Below the pieces are notes generated by a model. It searched no databases, was not told the DNA's origin, and saw nothing but the letters and a program-made list of their open reading frames with translations. Shown piece after piece: positions 6,741 to 9,088 of a stretch of DNA of 9,088 nucleotides. A program made the translations under genes and the position numbers. Within the stretch, counting starts at the first letter, position 1. Every line of letters starts with the position of its first letter. Source of the stretch: a virus (lineage: Duplodnaviria > Heunggongvirae > Uroviricota > Caudoviricetes); IMG/VR virus record IMGVR_UViG_2684622669_000014, one strand, 5' to 3'.

Positions 6741-7201
6741 ACAGAGTAACCGCGATTATCTCCGCTCTGGTTATCTGCATCATCGTCTGCCTGTCATGGG
6801 CTGTTAATCATTACCGTGATAACGCCATTACCTACAAAGCCCAGCGCGACAAAAATGCCAGAGAACTGAAGCTGGCGAACGCGGCAATTACTGACATGCA
6901 GATGCGTCAGCGTGATGTTGCTGCGCTCGATGCAAAATACACGAAGGAGTTAGCTGATGCGAAAGCTGAAAATGATGCTCTGCGTGATGATGTTGCCGCT
7001 GGTCGTCGTCGGTTGCACATCAAAGCAGTCTGTCAGTCAGTGCGTGAAGCCACCACCGCCTCCGGCGTGGATAATGCAGCCTCCCCCCGACTGGCAGACA
7101 CCGCTGAACGGGATTATTTCATCCTCAGAGAACGGCTGATGACAATGCAGAAGCAACTGGAAGGAGCACAGGAATATATCCGTACCCAGTGTATACCGTG
7201 A
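6737..7201 (+). CDS. Rz: Rz inner-membrane spanin (i-spanin), lambda-type
   Basis: ORF track starts at 6725, but ATG 6737 ([21 protein letters not shown]...) gives the canonical Rz N-terminal TM segment and an ATGA overlap with the endolysin stop. Coiled-coil-rich periplasmic domain; near-identical to lambda Rz as recalled. Confidence 0.88.
   Translation: MNRVTAIISALVICIIVCLSWAVNHYRDNAITYKAQRDKNARELKLANAAITDMQMRQRDVAALDAKYTKELADAKAENDALRDDVAAGRRRLHIKAVCQSVREATTASGVDNAASPRLADTAERDYFILRERLMTMQKQLEGAQEYIRTQCIP
6957..7139 (+). CDS. Rz1: Rz1 outer-membrane lipoprotein spanin (o-spanin), embedded in the +1 frame of Rz
   Basis: 60-aa ORF wholly inside Rz, SD AAGGAG 6944-6949. Lipoprotein signal with lipobox LVVVGC and proline-rich mature part ([15 protein letters not shown]), as in lambda Rz1. 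Confidence 0.82.
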   Translation: MRKLKMMLCVMMLPLVVVGCTSKQSVSQCVKPPPPPAWIMQPPPDWQTPLNGIISSSENG

Positions 7202-7666
7202 TGTTTTGTTATGAAGGTGTTACTGGTAACGTTAAGGTAATTTAACAAAAAGTCAGTTCCGGACTTTATAGTGTGCTCAGATCATGGCCAAAAACGATTT
7301 CTGTGATAAATATTTTGAATATTATTTACAGATAAATGAAGTTGTTCGCATGGATGGAAATATTACAATAGAGTATGAAGTATATGTCCGTATTGTATGG
7401 GCAGAGAAGGCAAAAACACGGTAATTCCTTGTGTTGCCATTATACCTGATTGGCAGAATAGTTGTTTGGTTTTGAGTATATAGTCAGCGTTTTTTGTTCA
7501 GTAATAGCTCTCTCAAAAAATAATAAAATAAGGTGATTATTTGGGTTTATTATTTGGTTTTTTTTGTGTGTTGTTTTGTTGTTTTTCTGTGATTTATTTT
7601 TTATTGTTATTTCATTAAAGGAAGGTAAATTCAGGATAGCAGTCTGTAGATAATCGGAGGTCACTT

Positions 7667-7981
7667 ATGCTACATGATCACCTGGCAGAATGTCTGGAGA
7701 AAAAAGGACTGTACCGGAGAGCAGCTGAACGATGGGCAAAAGTGATGGTACAGCTAAGTGATGACCAGAAAAGAAAAGTGGCGGCACAGAAACGAGCAGA
7801 GTGTTTGCGTAAGGCGCGCCGGACTCCGGTTTCACCGGTGAACCTGACAGAAATAAAACAAGCGGTCAACAGACTACATTCTGAGTTGGGAATGGGATTT
7901 GAAGAGCGGCGGGTATTCCGACGATATAAAGGGACAGGAGAACAGAATACGTCCGGAAACGCGCGGTCAAAAAAATGCTAA
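7667..7981 (+). CDS. PerC-family-like small transcriptional activator (Pch/PerC homolog candidate)
   Basis: 104-aa basic ORF with SD GGAGG 7656-7660. N-terminal LEKKGLYRRAAERWAKVM resembles the PerC/Pch signature as I remember it (..LE.KGLWRRAA..W..V). Preceded by a long AT/T-rich tract. Confidence 0.55.
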   Translation: MLHDHLAECLEKKGLYRRAAERWAKVMVQLSDDQKRKVAAQKRAECLRKARRTPVSPVNLTEIKQAVNRLHSELGMGFEERRVFRRYKGTGEQNTSGNARSKKC

Positions 7982-8017
7982 AAAATATCTGAGAGAGTTA
8001 TTGCCTGTTACCATAAT

Positions 8018-8047
8018 AAAAAGCGACTTTAGTGGTCGCTTTTGTGT
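8018..8047. terminator. Candidate bidirectional intrinsic terminator between the convergent PerC-like and YlcI-like genes
   Basis: Hairpin AAAAGCGAC (8019-8027) - loop TTTAGTG - GTCGCTTTT (8035-8043), flanked by an A-run upstream and T-rich tail downstream, so either strand reads stem plus U-tract. Confidence 0.45.
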
Positions 8048-8061
8048 CATATATAAGTTAT

Positions 8062-8286
8062 TTAAGTAAACCTGTCTGAACAGGTGCTCTGGTCGTGTTT
8101 GTCTTTGTTGGGTAAAAATTGAGAATATTTTTCATTAATTAATCTTCTTCTGCAGGCTTCAATAACCCACGCTGAAAAATTCCCTGAACCTTTCTGGTCA
8201 AGAGCAATATTAATTTGTTCAATCATCTGGTTTGGAAATCGGATGTTGCGGGTTGTTGTTCTTCGGGTTCTGTTCTTCGATGACAT
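8062..8286 (-). CDS. YlcI/DUF3950-like small prophage protein (putative ribbon-helix-helix type)
   Basis: 74-aa ORF on the minus strand; NIRFPNQMIEQINIALDQKGSGNFSAWVIEACRRRL matches what I recall of DLP12 YlcI, which also sits immediately upstream of the Nu1 homolog. Confidence 0.7.
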   Translation of the reverse strand: MSSKNRTRRTTTRNIRFPNQMIEQINIALDQKGSGNFSAWVIEACRRRLINEKYSQFLPNKDKHDQSTCSDRFT

Positions 8287-8459
8287 AAGGTTGCCCCATA
8301 TTCAGTGTTGCTGATTTGTATTGTCTGAAGTTGCTTTTACGTTAACTTGATGCGGATCAATTAATACGATATCTGCTGCATAATTAACTGTTTGTCGTGG
8401 TTTGATGGCTCACACACATCGTTGTGATGAGCATTATTCACATGAAATTATTATCATTT

Positions 8460-8682
8460 TTGTGGGTCCTTTCCGGCGATCCTGCAGGTTACGGGGCGGC
8501 GACCTCGCGGGTTTTCGCTATTTATGAAAATTTTCCGGTTTAAGGCGTTTCCGTTCTTCTTCGTCGTAACTTAATGTTTTTATTTAAAATACCCCCTGAA
8601 AAGAAAGGAAACGACAGGTGCTGAAAACGAACTTTTGGGCCTTTGTCGTTTCCTTTCTCTGTTTTTGGCCGTGGAATGAACA
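8460..8682 (+). other. cos site: cosN cohesive-end sequence (8494-8505) with upstream cosQ-like region and downstream cosB (R3, IHF region, R2, R1)
   Basis: GGGCGGCGACCT at 8494-8505 is the lambda 12-nt cohesive end, followed by CGCGGGTTTTCGCTATTTATGAAAATTTTCCGGTTTAAGGCGTTTCCGTTCTTCTTCG, matching the lambda left end as I recall it. R3-like CGTTTCCGTTCT at about 8546-8557; inverted pair 8604-8616 / 8644-8656 corresponds to R2/R1. Confidence 0.85.
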
Positions 8683-9087
8683 ATGGAAGTCAACAAAAAG
8701 CAGCTGGCTGACATTTTCGGTGCGAGTATCCGTACCATTCAGAACTGGCAGGAACAGGGAATGCCCGTTCTGCGAGGCGGTGGCAAGGGTAATGAGGTGC
8801 TTTATGACTCTGCCGCCGTTATAAAATGGTATGCCGAAAGGGATGCTGAAATTGAGAACGAAAAGCTGCGCCGGGAGGTTGAAGAACTGCGCCAGGCCAG
8901 CGAGGCAGATCTCCAGCCAGGGACTATTGAGTACGAACGCCATCGACTTACGCGTGCGCAGGCCGACGCACAGGAACTGAAGAATGCCAGAGACTCAGCT
9001 GAAGTGGTGGAAACCGCATTCTGTACTTTCGTGCTGTCGCGGATCGCAGGTGAAATTGCCAGTATTCTCGACGGGATCCCCCTGTCG
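8683..9087 (+). CDS. nu1: Terminase small subunit Nu1 (lambda-type), 5' portion; continues beyond the window
   Basis: Frame-1 reading from ATG 8683 is open to the window end (MEVNKKQLADIFGASIRTIQNWQEQGMPVLRGGGKGNEVLYDSAAVIKWYAERD...), matching lambda gpNu1 as recalled. Absent from the ORF track because no stop occurs in the window. Start is 190 nt after the first cosN base. Confidence 0.92.
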   Translation, partial: MEVNKKQLADIFGASIRTIQNWQEQGMPVLRGGGKGNEVLYDSAAVIKWYAERDAEIENEKLRREVEELRQASEADLQPGTIEYERHRLTRAQADAQELKNARDSAEVVETAFCTFVLSRIAGEIASILDGIPLS

Positions 9088-9088
9088 G

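Larger units (their letters stand above)
1..9088. mobile_element. Segment of a lambdoid prophage (nin region - Q - lysis cassette - cos - Nu1), with non-phage cargo (morons)
   Basis: Co-linear lambdoid late-region order: RusA, Q antiterminator, S/R/Rz/Rz1 lysis genes, cosN 12-nt cohesive-end sequence GGGCGGCGACCT, Nu1 N-terminus. Because cos is internal and contiguous with both arms, the source is an integrated prophage or circular/concatemeric form, not a linear virion end. Confidence 0.9.

Noticed and set aside
7440-7664. 74-aa minus-strand ORF in the T-rich tract upstream of the PerC-like gene
   Set aside because: The translation is Asn/Lys/Ile-rich low complexity derived from the AT-rich tract and overlaps the likely promoter and SD of the + strand gene.
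8584-8943. 119-aa minus-strand ORF and 68-aa plus-strand ORF (8618..8824) overlapping cosB and Nu1
   Set aside because: They overlap the cos site and the strongly supported Nu1 reading frame; the translations are hydrophobic and nonsensical with no homology. The true gene (Nu1, frame 1 from 8683) is missing from the ORF track only because it has no stop in the window.
1-9088. CRISPR arrays or other tandem repeat arrays
   Set aside because: No regularly spaced direct repeats were seen. The only notable repeats are the cosB inverted elements, the terminator hairpins and the 10-bp inverted repeat at 3637-3686.
1-9088. LexA (SOS) box CTGT-N8-ACAG as a target for the LexA-like protein
   Set aside because: Scanning CTGT occurrences by eye found no properly spaced ACAG partner (closest is CTGTACTTTTGATAGT at about 3613, which ends in TAG not CAG), so no SOS box is claimed.

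Overview
The window reads as the right arm of a lambdoid (lambda/phage-21 hybrid) prophage of an Enterobacteriaceae (E. coli-like) host, in phage orientation on the + strand. Gene order: tail of the nin region (unidentified gene 3' end, LexA-DNA-binding-domain-only protein, RusA resolvase, KilA-N protein, YdfU/DUF968-like protein split over two frames), antiterminator Q, candidate late promoter pR' and terminator tR', a three-gene cargo island at the Q-S junction (Blc-like lipocalin lipoprotein on the minus strand, a DUF523-DUF1722 TudS/YbgA-like Fe-S protein, an AT-rich AraC-family regulator), a lysis cassette (phage-21-type pinholin and SAR endolysin, lambda-type Rz/Rz1), a second small cargo region (PerC-like regulator, YlcI/DUF3950-like gene), a lambda-type cos site, and the 5' part of the terminase small subunit Nu1. 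The most interesting content is the cargo at the Q-S junction, the position stx occupies in Stx phages, which has no stx here. All identifications rest on my reading of the translated ORFs and recalled family signatures; no database search or computation was run.
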